64,000 bases of DNA from a virus (lineage: Duplodnaviria; Caudoviricetes): positions 32,001 to 96,000 of IMG/VR virus record IMGVR_UViG_3300029288_000077; one strand, 5' to 3'. This document shows positions 31,258-41,584 of this stretch, in pieces. Both the position numbers and the translations under genes were made by a program. Every line of letters begins with the position of its first letter. The first letter of the stretch is position 1. The notes under the pieces were generated by a model. It was given only the letters and a program-made list of their open reading frames with translations. It was not told the origin of the DNA and ran no database searches.

Positions 31258-31852
31258 TTTATAATATGATAGCAGGTAATTTAATTGGGTGTTTCAAAGC
31301 AGTACACAATGAGACGTATGGAAAGGAGGAGAGTGATGAATGAGGCACTTGCACTAATAAGAAAGGTAATGTCACGTTACAGATCTTTCTTTGCGGGTGA
31401 ACCCGAAAGGGAATTGGCTGCTCAGGCAAATGATTATTTGGAAATTATACGTGCTGATTTTGAAGATATGGGTAAAGAGCAATTAATAAACAAAATCATG
31501 GAATTGTATGCTATTTATGATCCTGATTTCATTAAACAGCAAGTAAGAGAAATGATTGCTGACGTAAAGGGAGATATAAAATACGATCAATATGAGGAAA
31601 ATCAACGCAAAAAGAGAGACAGATTTCTGGCACCATGATTTTTCTTTCTTCCATATTGATTTCTAAGGACAAGCGAGTCATCTTTGATGCTCCTTGCAAT
31701 ATAGCTGCTGGAGTGCTGTTCAACCCTGTTTGTGAGTACTCTGGTTTGAAAGACTGTGCTGAGTGTTGTGAAAAGATGAAGAAGGATTGGTTATTGCAGA
31801 CGATAGTTTGTAGTAGGAAAGAGCTGTTTTATCAAGCATAAGGATAAAATAC

Positions 31853-33730
31853 GTGGCAGACAAGGATAAGAAAAAGCCCACCAACAGCAGCGCTATCATA
31901 GTTAAGGCCAGTGATTTTAGGGACAACCCTGACGAAGGCAAGATTGAAGGCCAAAAGGATATGGTTTATGGTCGATACCGAAGCATAGCCAGTGTCAATC
32001 GCCGTGGATCTTATACTGGCGCTCCCACTTCTACCTCGCAGCAATCCACTGCGATGGTGCCTATTTACTACGATTACCGGTTTTCTACACCAGACAAGTA
32101 CTACTTTCCCAAAGACCGGTTCAATGCCAACTCTACGTGGCGTGATATCTATCGACGCGACGCCACCATCGGTATCGCCACTGACATGTATTCGGAGTTG
32201 CCGTGGTCCGACTTTGATATAGAAGCTGTAGACGACCCTAAGATACAGCAGTGTTATGAAGATATGTTTACCGATTTGGCTTTGGCCCCACAAATGCCTT
32301 TGTTTTCAAAGGACTTTCTAATACACGGAGAGTTCGTAGGGCACTCCCTGTTCAATGAAACTAAGGGGTACTGGGACCGGATCATCTCCCACAACCCAGA
32401 TTATGTGAAAGTCATGGGTGTGGGTTTAGCTTCAGCACAGCCATTATGCTGGTTGCGTCCTACTCCTGACTTTGTGCGTCTTATGAACACTCCAGATCCT
32501 CGGGTACGCAAGTACTTGAATACTATCCCTGGTGAAGTGCTGCGCTCGTTTAAGATGGGCAAGGAAGTGTACCTTGAGCCCATGAATACTACGTACATGC
32601 CTCGCAAAAACACTTCACAAGAGGTGCGCGGTATATCTGTTTATACTCGTTTGTTCCGCATTAACATGTACGAAGATTTCGTGATGAATGCTTCACTGTC
32701 CATAGCCCAACGCAATGCGGCTCCATTGCGCTTGTTCAAGATGGGTGATGTCTCCAGACCTGATGGTTGGATGCCGGGTGCAGAAGACATACAAGCATTT
32801 ACCAATTTGTTGGCTACATCGGAGACAGATCCGTTTGCGGCGCTAATCACTCACCCGTACATCACCGTAGACTATGTGGGTGTAAGCGATAAAGTACTGC
32901 TGATTTCCCGAGAGTGGGAGTTTATTGAGCGTGTGAAGCTGCTAGCATTTGGTGTGTCAAAAGCATTTCTGGTCGGGGAGACATCTTTTGCATCGAGCGT
33001 AGCAGGTTTGCAGACTTTGCTTGAGCGCCTGGCTAACTTTAGGCTGATGTTTGAAGTCAATCTGATGCGTGACAAACTGGCTAAGCCAGTAGCCGAGATG
33101 AACGATTTTTATGAGCATTCCCAGGCGGAGCTGGACCATAGAGTGCGGGTCAAGAACAAAGCTGAGCGCAGGTTGGTGCTACCCACTTTCAAGTGGAAGA
33201 AAAGCCTTGAACCGACTCAAGATCAATCCTTGATGAACACTTGGCGCGACTACAAAGAGCGTGGTTTGATCTCTGATAAGACTTATTTGGCTGGTGGTGG
33301 TGTAGATATAGAGATTGAAAGACGCAATCTCATTGAAGAGATAGAGTACAAAGAGAAGATGATCGAGGAAGGCAAGATTCAGCCTCCTGGCATGGAAGGT
33401 GAAGAGGGCATGGGTGGTGGTCTTGGCGGTGAAGAGCCGGGGTTGCCTCCGCCTCCGGGCGCACACAGGATGCGTGGCGTTCATCCAAACTTTCCACGTC
33501 GATTGCCGTCTATGAGGCACTGGGCGAAAAAGTTGATGGATGACTACACCCCAGGAGATGAGTTAGATTCAAGTAGGATGAGTGTAGACCAAGCCATGGA
33601 TAGATTTAGCAAGTTGAGTCCAAGGGCTAGGAAACAGTTGCTGCACGAGATCAAAAACAAGGTGCCGTCACAAGAGCCATACATGCTGAATGGTGCCGTG
33701 CGGACGGCAAGGAAGAAGCCACATGAATAA
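31853..33730 (+). CDS. Portal protein
   Basis: 625 aa; YRRDATIGIATDMYSELPWSDF, RGISVYTR, VKLLAFGVSKAFLVGE; Gly/Pro/Glu-rich tail. Confidence 0.8.
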   Translation: MADKDKKKPTNSSAIIVKASDFRDNPDEGKIEGQKDMVYGRYRSIASVNRRGSYTGAPTSTSQQSTAMVPIYYDYRFSTPDKYYFPKDRFNANSTWRDIYRRDATIGIATDMYSELPWSDFDIEAVDDPKIQQCYEDMFTDLALAPQMPLFSKDFLIHGEFVGHSLFNETKGYWDRIISHNPDYVKVMGVGLASAQPLCWLRPTPDFVRLMNTPDPRVRKYLNTIPGEVLRSFKMGKEVYLEPMNTTYMPRKNTSQEVRGISVYTRLFRINMYEDFVMNASLSIAQRNAAPLRLFKMGDVSRPDGWMPGAEDIQAFTNLLATSETDPFAALITHPYITVDYVGVSDKVLLISREWEFIERVKLLAFGVSKAFLVGETSFASSVAGLQTLLERLANFRLMFEVNLMRDKLAKPVAEMNDFYEHSQAELDHRVRVKNKAERRLVLPTFKWKKSLEPTQDQSLMNTWRDYKERGLISDKTYLAGGGVDIEIERRNLIEEIEYKEKMIEEGKIQPPGMEGEEGMGGGLGGEEPGLPPPPGAHRMRGVHPNFPRRLPSMRHWAKKLMDDYTPGDELDSSRMSVDQAMDRFSKLSPRARKQLLHEIKNKVPSQEPYMLNGAVRTARKKPHE

Positions 33731-34166
33731 ATACCTTCTACGTGCAATAGCACAGTTGAAAAAGTATTTGGAACCGGAGGTTAGAACACTTCGGACCAGC
33801 CCCGCAATTGAAAAAATAGAAAGTCCCAGAAAGACCATTGAGTATTTTACAGACAGCATCAGTTCTGGGGAAGGAAGCCTAGATATGGACTCTTCTGAAT
33901 TTGAAGTGGTTTTTACCGGAGGGTGGTCAAAAGAAGACGATGAGATGATATCAAACATGATACAATCTTCTGGTATTGGTTGGGAAGAATATCACATAAC
34001 AAACGCTAGTACGATCTATGTTAATAACAGAAAGAATGCTAACAAAATATTTGAACTAGTTTATGAACAATATAAGGAACGGGGATATGACGAATTCATA
34101 TTGCAAACTGCTTCAGGAGTACTTATTAAAACCAAAGATTCTATCGGACCAAGACAAATAGAGTAA
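33723..34166 (+). CDS. Putative internal virion protein (tag variant)
   Basis: MNKYLLRAIAQLKKY. Confidence 0.6.
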   Translation: MNKYLLRAIAQLKKYLEPEVRTLRTSPAIEKIESPRKTIEYFTDSISSGEGSLDMDSSEFEVVFTGGWSKEDDEMISNMIQSSGIGWEEYHITNASTIYVNNRKNANKIFELVYEQYKERGYDEFILQTASGVLIKTKDSIGPRQIE

Positions 34167-34168
34167 AA

Positions 34169-35353
34169 ATGCTTTCTTATGATCAACACTTGGTGGCTGA
34201 AGTAGAGCGTCTGGCGGGCGGTGCTCAAATACACGATGTAAGGGACGTGATAGCTACTTACAAAAATTGGTTTTCCGTCCTAGAACAGGTACCCGATCAC
34301 GAAGAAGAGGCATTAAAGCGCATAAATGAGTATGAGGATTTATTGCGAGCGTACGTGCAAATGAGAAAATCAGGACAATATCCTAGCATTTACAAAATGA
34401 AGGAAAAGTTTCTATCAGAAGTGAAAGGTGCAATGAACATGAAAGGTGCAATAAATAAGGCGATTGAAGTATTGGCTGAGAAAACCAAAGTGTGGACGTG
34501 GGCCGATGATGATATGGAGTGGCGTAGTGTATCAATAAATGCATATGAAAACATACCAGCACGTGATGTACTGGCATTGGCTGACTCTGCTGGACAGGTA
34601 AATTACCCTAGCGTGTTTGTGAAAGAGAAAATAGTAAACGGCGCTCGCGTAATACGCTTTAAATTCGAGTATAATAATATTGGATTTACGGTAATTGGTG
34701 TACCTACGAGGAGCGAAGCAGAGAAGGCAGTAAAAGGTGCTGGGTGGGGTTATTATTTAGAAGGTTATGAATCTGAACAGGAAGCCGAAGAAAACAGAGA
34801 ACAAAGGAAAAAAGACATCAGTGAAAGTAAAATGCTTCGTACTCTTAGAACTACCAAAGACTGGGATTTTGTAGAGAGTTTGATTGACCAGTATGCAAAC
34901 AGTTTCGAAGCGTATAGTAACCTATCTTTTAATGAAAACATACCACAGGAAATACTACTTGAATGGGTTGATAGTGTAGATGATAGTAATCTTGGACCAG
35001 TATTGGGTATGCTCCCGTTTGATGAAGAAAGTTTTGAAGAACTAATAAATGAGTACAAAGATGATGGAAAAATATTAGCAAGAATCGCAAGCAATCCGTA
35101 TTTACCAAGTTATGTGGCATTAGAATTATTCAATAAATACTTCAATAGCCGAGATGTGGTATATGCATTGTTGAATGAGGAGCCTGCATTTACTTTGGAA
35201 CAATTTGAAAAGATAGTTAATAGATACAAGAATGACAAGTGGATGATGAATAGCGTGTATTTTACTTTAAAGGATCATTACAAGAAATCTCCGGAAAGAG
35301 ACGATATTATCGAAAGAACGGAAAAACTACTCAAAAAATGGTTCCGTATATGA
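34169..35353 (+). CDS. Fusion protein: internal KAI tag, domain shared with 35415, helical-repeat C-terminus
   Basis: INKAIEVLAEKTKVWTW matches IAKAIEVLAGETRVWNW; LARIASNPYLP. Confidence 0.6.
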   Translation: MLSYDQHLVAEVERLAGGAQIHDVRDVIATYKNWFSVLEQVPDHEEEALKRINEYEDLLRAYVQMRKSGQYPSIYKMKEKFLSEVKGAMNMKGAINKAIEVLAEKTKVWTWADDDMEWRSVSINAYENIPARDVLALADSAGQVNYPSVFVKEKIVNGARVIRFKFEYNNIGFTVIGVPTRSEAEKAVKGAGWGYYLEGYESEQEAEENREQRKKDISESKMLRTLRTTKDWDFVESLIDQYANSFEAYSNLSFNENIPQEILLEWVDSVDDSNLGPVLGMLPFDEESFEELINEYKDDGKILARIASNPYLPSYVALELFNKYFNSRDVVYALLNEEPAFTLEQFEKIVNRYKNDKWMMNSVYFTLKDHYKKSPERDDIIERTEKLLKKWFRI

Positions 35354-35414
35354 CCATCTACTGACGATTGAAAGGGTGCTTGCGTAGAGTGCATAGGAAG
35401 GGGTTGGCGGCAAA

Positions 35415-35816
35415 ATGAGTAACATTGCAAAAGCTATTGAAGTACTGGCTGGCGAGACCAGGGTGTGGAATTGGAATGAGATCGGGATGGAGTGGACATC
35501 AGCCTTGGTTGGTGTCTCTCCTACGGATTCTGGTGACAAGATTAGTATTATGTATGATGTAGCTATTGGTAATTTAGACGAGAGTTTGATTGATTGGAGC
35601 AATAAAGATGGAATGTATGGTTTAGAGAACACAGACTTCTGGGGTTTGCCTGTTAAAGATGATAAGGTTGGCAATTTTAGGGTGTTACACACTCCATGTC
35701 AAGATGGTCATGTAGATCAAGCATTGTTGGTAGTGGGGCCTAAATCTGCCAAAGAAGCACAACAGGCTGCTATGAAGGCAGGGTACGGTGAATGGTTTGA
35801 AGATTTGCAAGAATAG
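35415..35816 (+). CDS. Putative internal virion protein (KAI tag)
   Basis: MSNIAKAIEVLAG. Confidence 0.6.
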   Translation: MSNIAKAIEVLAGETRVWNWNEIGMEWTSALVGVSPTDSGDKISIMYDVAIGNLDESLIDWSNKDGMYGLENTDFWGLPVKDDKVGNFRVLHTPCQDGHVDQALLVVGPKSAKEAQQAAMKAGYGEWFEDLQE

Positions 35817-36323
35817 GCGTCCCTCTACTATTGAGGCAGAACGGTTGGCAGAAACATCTGATGACGGTGTGGCATACATAGTAACCTACAACGATAACTA
35901 TCCAAAGCGTGAATTGGACAGACGTGAAGTAAAACCAAGAAAGCAAATGCAGTCTTTAGAGGATGTGGGTAGGTCGTGGTTGCTGGATCCCGTGGTGCCT
36001 GAACACGGACAGTTTCCCAAAGAAAACAAGAGGAGGTCTTCAATGATAGTTAGAGCAAGGGACGTGTGGACTGATGAGGAAGTAGATATTTCTAGACTCA
36101 TTAAGTTTGCACAAGCTTGGGAACAAATGGGCAGCACAGTATCTAGACAGTTGATAGCTATCATGGAGAGTCCTGAGGCTGAGGTAAATCCACGTGCTAT
36201 CTCTGAAGCTAAAGACTTTATTGGTGGTTTTCACGAAGAGATAGATGCTGCAATCGCTGAGTTTGAAAATACCATGGAACATGCCAGCAGGCCCGGTGAT
36301 GATGAGGAATGAGGGCAGATGCT

Positions 36324-36743
36324 ATGAAAAAGATGATAGTAAAAGCTATTGACATGCTATCTGTAAATGGTAGTTCTCAAGAAATAACTGAAGAAGACAT
36401 AGCCAAGGTGGTTGGGTCCAAACCAGATCACTTTGAAACTGGGATGCATGATAATTCTGTGTATGCAGCTTATTTCAACACCTCTATGAAGCGTTCCCCT
36501 AAAGGAATTCATGCCGATGGTGAGTATGGTGAAATATTTATAGATAAAAATGCTCATGTTTATGTTGGTATCTTCAATCCAGAGTATGATGAGAGTGATG
36601 AATACGATGAAGACGAAGATCTTCCAGAACAGCAATTTAATTTTTTCCATGGTACATATCCTGGTACCACAGTACACAGTTTAGCTGAACTAGAAGAGGT
36701 TTGGAACAGCGACGATTGGCACCAGGGCGATCTCACATTGTGA
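36324..36743 (+). CDS. Putative internal virion protein (KAI tag)
   Basis: MKKMIVKAIDMLS; acidic. Confidence 0.55.
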   Translation: MKKMIVKAIDMLSVNGSSQEITEEDIAKVVGSKPDHFETGMHDNSVYAAYFNTSMKRSPKGIHADGEYGEIFIDKNAHVYVGIFNPEYDESDEYDEDEDLPEQQFNFFHGTYPGTTVHSLAELEEVWNSDDWHQGDLTL

Positions 36744-37384
36744 TGTTAAATACCTGGCTTGAACAAATCGGCAGCGTGCACGGTATACAAATAAAGTACA
36801 AGGATGAGTCCATATTTATGAAGTTTCTTGGGTTGATATTATTTTTTAATAAGAATTTTGCTAGCTGGTATACCACCACTATCGGCAATACTATTTATTT
36901 TCCAACTCGTAAATGGGTGCAGGAGTGGGAAGATCGAGCGGTAAGAGTGTGCTGGCATGAATTGGTACATGTATTAGATAGAAAGATGCTAAATGATAGA
37001 TTTCCATTTTTCTATGAGCTGATTTATTTATTTCCGCAATGCTTGGCTGTACTGTCAGTATTTTCGCTGTTGTCATTTTTTTCGCTGTGGTTTTTATTTG
37101 CGTTGGTGTTTTTGATTTTTCTTGCTCCCATACCTTCCTGTGGTCGTGCCTGGTTAGAGACCAGGGCCTATGCCATGAATATGTACATAAGCTATTTAAA
37201 GATGGGTGAAGGTTACAATGCTGAACAGCATGTGCAAGTGTTTGAGCCGGAATTTATGAGCGTGAACTATTATTACATGAGTGGTGACTGGAAGCAAACT
37301 AAGGAAAATTTGATAAACTGTTTACGAAAATTGCCGCAAACGCACGTTGCATTCAAAAAAGCACGAGACTGGTATTCCAAGTAA
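36701..37384 (+). CDS. Membrane-associated HExxH metallopeptidase-like protein (start probably ATG at 36743)
   Basis: YTTTIGNTIY, WHELVHV, ETRAY; hydrophobic TM segment. Confidence 0.65.
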   Translation: MEQRRLAPGRSHIVMLNTWLEQIGSVHGIQIKYKDESIFMKFLGLILFFNKNFASWYTTTIGNTIYFPTRKWVQEWEDRAVRVCWHELVHVLDRKMLNDRFPFFYELIYLFPQCLAVLSVFSLLSFFSLWFLFALVFLIFLAPIPSCGRAWLETRAYAMNMYISYLKMGEGYNAEQHVQVFEPEFMSVNYYYMSGDWKQTKENLINCLRKLPQTHVAFKKARDWYSK

Positions 37385-37429
37385 TTTATCAGCTCAAGAA
37401 AAACAGTACAAGGGTGTAATGGAGGGGCC

Positions 37430-38362
37430 GTGGTAAATATAAAGAGAGAGTCGTATTCGAGTGTGCCTTTCTATTCCTTATCGGCATCAAAAGTGGACTG
37501 TTTCATGGGGTGTCCTAGATTATTTTTATATAGATACCTGAGAAAGCCATTTGACATACAAGAAAACAAATATTTTGCTTTGGGAAACTTGGTACACAAG
37601 ACACTCGAAGTCTTTCACCTAATAGCACAATTTGGTACGATGGTGGTGCCGACCACCACAGCCACAGGACAAAGAGCACCTTTTGATCCTACTCAAGCTG
37701 CAGAGCTGATGAAGTACGCCTTTTATGTAGCCATGCAACAGGAGGGGTCTGAATACAAATTTAGATTAGGGATACTGTCCAAAGAAGACCTGCAAAGTGC
37801 TAAGAACATGCTCAAGAATTATTTAAAGACTGTGAATTGGAATGCAACTACTGTGGGTGTTGAAATAAAGTTTATAATTGACATAGAGGGCATCGAGGTA
37901 CACGGAAAGATAGATAGAGTGGAACTAGATGGGAACGTGTTGAGAATAATAGATTACAAGACCAACAAAAGACCGTATTCAGAAAAAGAAGTTGAAGAGT
38001 CTGTGCAGCTAAGTACTTACAGTCGTTGGGTGGAACAGTCAAAAAATAAGATCATGGAGCATTTTGGTGTTGAGTCGATAATACCAAAATATGAATATAA
38101 CTTCCTGCTTTCTCAAAAGAAGCGAGAGTATACTGTCTCAGAGGCATCTTTACGTGCGGATGCAGAGAAGTACAAGAAGACCATGAGTGCCGTGAGATCT
38201 GGAAAAGGATTTCATCAAAACTTCAGGTATAAGATGTGTGGTTTGTGTGACTATAAAGGGTACTGCCTAGAGGACAAGAAGAATGACATCACAGTGAATG
38301 ATGATAGATGTGCGGAGTGTGACGGTGTTGGGTGCGCTGTTTGCCGAGGAGGGTCTAACTAA
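37430..38362 (+). CDS. PD-(D/E)XK (RecB/Cas4-like) nuclease
   Basis: LSAS...CP, GKIDRVE, IIDYKT, QLSTY, CGLCDYKGYC. Confidence 0.88.
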   Translation: MVNIKRESYSSVPFYSLSASKVDCFMGCPRLFLYRYLRKPFDIQENKYFALGNLVHKTLEVFHLIAQFGTMVVPTTTATGQRAPFDPTQAAELMKYAFYVAMQQEGSEYKFRLGILSKEDLQSAKNMLKNYLKTVNWNATTVGVEIKFIIDIEGIEVHGKIDRVELDGNVLRIIDYKTNKRPYSEKEVEESVQLSTYSRWVEQSKNKIMEHFGVESIIPKYEYNFLLSQKKREYTVSEASLRADAEKYKKTMSAVRSGKGFHQNFRYKMCGLCDYKGYCLEDKKNDITVNDDRCAECDGVGCAVCRGGSN

Positions 38363-41300
38363 TGTACCATTATGATATACGCAGGAGAAGCAACGCAGCA
38401 CTTGCCCTTCTCAAGGAATTGGCTGTAACACACGGACCATTGTTCATAACGCATGACTTGAAAAAGACTGAAATGGATGACCTAACCAATTATCCATTCG
38501 TTGTATGTGCGGATGAGCACAAAATTGAAGTAATAAAGGACAGGCTTGGAGGTTTGTGCGGGGCTTGTATCTGCGTAGACTACGAGACGTGAGGTGGAGG
38601 TGCGCCGTGGACAATAACAAACTTTTCGCGAATCTGTTGCGTCGTATTAATCGTAGGTGGTGGGTGCAATATTATGAAACACCGGTGTTTGAATCAATCA
38701 GAGACGAGGATTATACGATGTATGGCATCGCGTATTACAGATGGCTGCGACGACTTGAACTACGGAAGATAATTGATTCTTCGAAAGTTTTTAATGCAAC
38801 CATAGAATGAGTAAGGTGGTGTGGTATGCATGAAAGCATGCGCAAAATGTTTGTTTATGCGATGCGCGTACTAAAATTAAGCAAGTTCTTTATTGGTCTT
38901 TCTGACAAAGAAAAGCGCACTGTCATAAAGAGGCTTAGATTCCCTTTTGTGTATGGAATCCTTTCGTCAGACATTGAAGAGGTACTTGAAAATGTCAAGA
39001 AAAATTGATCTTTGTGATGGTAAGTACACTATCATCATTCCTGATAACTGGGGCAAAGAAAAATTCGAATGCCTGCGATACGGCGAAAGTTGGCGTGATT
39101 TGACCGGCGACAAGATGGTTGCAGCTTTATGTGAGGAAATCATAGAACTTCAAGAGAGCATTAAAAGTGGATGTAAAACGCACGTGATAGAGATTGAGGC
39201 GTGTAATACTGCGCTGAAATACGAGAGCGAGAAGTGGGCGGAATGGGAGGCTAAAGCCAGGCTGCTTGCTATGCAGGCAGCAGAACTGGCTTATGACGCC
39301 TACGGTGCTGATGCCAATCCGGAATACTGGTTGGATTGGGTAGAAATGGTTATTAATGCGTGTGACTCCATAAATAAATTCTTGGTGTGGGCTGTAGCAA
39401 AGGAGTGAGGTAATGACTGCAGGCGAAAGACTGATTTGGGCTGCTTGGTTTGTAAAAGTGTTGGATTTTAATACCAATAACACAGAAATACTAAAAGATT
39501 CGAAAAAATGGGAAGAGTTTGAAAGTGCTCGTATGCATCAAGCGGCAGAATCTGCAACAGGTATTGTTAATAGATTGCGTGAACAAGCAGATAGCATAGA
39601 AGATGGTTTTGGTTTAAATTCTCCGGTTACGAGAATGGTGCATGACATGCTTGGTTTTTATAAACCTGTGTGAAGAAATTATAGAACTTCAAGAAAAGCT
39701 TGAAGTATATAAGGAAGCGAAGGAGACGAACAAGTGACTAATACGATAAAGCTGGGTGTTGATGGTGATGCTGCATACGCTCTTTATGGGGGAGACTTGG
39801 GCAGCGGTCAAGCACATTTTGTTGACATCGCAGGTGAATACAAGGATGATCCAAATAAGGTGTACGTAAGCTGTCTGGCTGCGTTTTATTCGTTGAGGGA
39901 AGACCTGCATCAACAAGGCATAGAAATTGGAGCACTGAATTATGAGTGGGCAGATGAGGCAAAAGCATTGATGTTTGGACCACCTAGTCAGTTCAACTTC
40001 ATAGAAATAGGCAAGATTCGTAAAATAAATCAGGGAAAACTATGCAATCTTCAAAAACCCCAATCTTACGTAAAGATAAACAGTGTGGAGATTTGCAAAG
40101 GTGAGAGCATGACGGCGTATCTGGTTGTGGAAGACAACATCAGGATTCAAGTGGAGTTGCATGTAGATCGTGCTGGAACTCCCAGAGTACTTGTTAGTAA
40201 GAAGGATGCTTTGATAGTTAATTGCTTCGAAAATGTATACGGAGAAGAAGATGAGTAGAACAAAACTTGCAGTACGTACACTTGCCCCAACTGCCACTCT
40301 TATTGTGTTGTTTGTTTCTCTGTGTATTATTAAAGGGTGCTGCGGTAATGACACCGAAGTTGATGTTGATAACACAGAACTACTGTCAGTGATCAATGTA
40401 GACGATACTTGTTGGATTTGCAAAACAGCAGCGTGTGTGAACATTGATCGGGTACAATTATGGTACTGCAATGACCCAGACGTAGTTTTTTCGTTCATTA
40501 ACGGGTACCGCATGATGATGTATTCTGTTGGGTGCGAACAATTTAAGGAGGCCATGATGAAATGCGGAAAGAAGCATGTACAAGCAGAAAAAGTAACAAT
40601 AGACGATACGGACTCTCTGTACCATCTTTGTGATTTACGTTTAGCCGCCTGCGAAGCATCTGGTGAGAAAGAAGCCTGTGATCGTGCCGAAGACTGCGTA
40701 CAGGCACGGTATCGCGCTGAGTTGGCGAATTCAATGAGATAAATAGTATGAAAACGAAGAAGACAGTGGATCTAGAAGCCGTGCGTACTGCTGTAGCTGA
40801 CTATATGAGGAGCGAAGGCTGTTCGTGTTGTCAGAATCGGGAAATGCATAAATTACACGAAGAAGTATTAGCCAAATTGCTGCATGTTAGAAAGTACAAG
40901 GACGGATCCGGGTACGACTTCGGAAAATACGAATCAAAGAAGGAATAAAATCATGACTTCTGCGCTCAAAGGTGTGGAGTGGTTTGCAGAGGAAAATGCC
41001 AGGCTTAATGCCCGTATAGCAATATTAGAAGCTCGCATAGAAATGATTGAACTTGAGCGTGATAATGCATGGGCTGAGGTGGCCGAGTTAGAGTCAAAGA
41101 ACGCTGTGTTGGTAGAGCAGGCCATGCACATCAAGTGCCCGTGGCATGAGAAGTTTATAGCCGCAGAGGAGAAGGCCGAGAGGTGGAAGCGGGCGGCTGC
41201 GTTGCTTGCTCCCCGCAATCAGCAAGACGCTAGTGAGACGGTGGAAGATACTGTGGCGTGGGCGTACTCGGAAGCCGCGCCCAAAGAGCCTGGTGCTGTG

Positions 41301-41419
41301 TGTCCAGAGTGTGGTGGTAGCGGCAAAGTAAGGACCCGAGGATAGGTATTGGATTGGATCTGCACCATGCCCTACCTGCAGCCAAAAGCGTTCGGTGTCT
41401 CAGGAAAAGGAGGAATGAG

Positions 41420-41584
41420 ATGGTATCAAATAAACGTGTAGTGCGCGCAGACCAGTCTCCGATGAACCCGAAGCGATGGTGCTTGACGTTGGAGTGCGGA
41501 CACGAGGTGTGGGTTACTGCCAAGCGACGTCCGAAACGTGCAATGATCATCTGTGTGGAGTGCGGAAGAAGTAAAAATGTTTGA
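41420..41584 (+). CDS. Small Zn-finger protein, paralog of 48749..48943
   Basis: SP.NPK.WCLTLECGHE.WVT.KRRP...CVEC in both. Confidence 0.7.
   Translation: MVSNKRVVRADQSPMNPKRWCLTLECGHEVWVTAKRRPKRAMIICVECGRSKNV

Noticed and set aside
37430-38362. Cas4 as part of a CRISPR system
   Set aside because: Stand-alone PD-(D/E)XK nucleases are common in phages; no cas1, cas2 or array nearby
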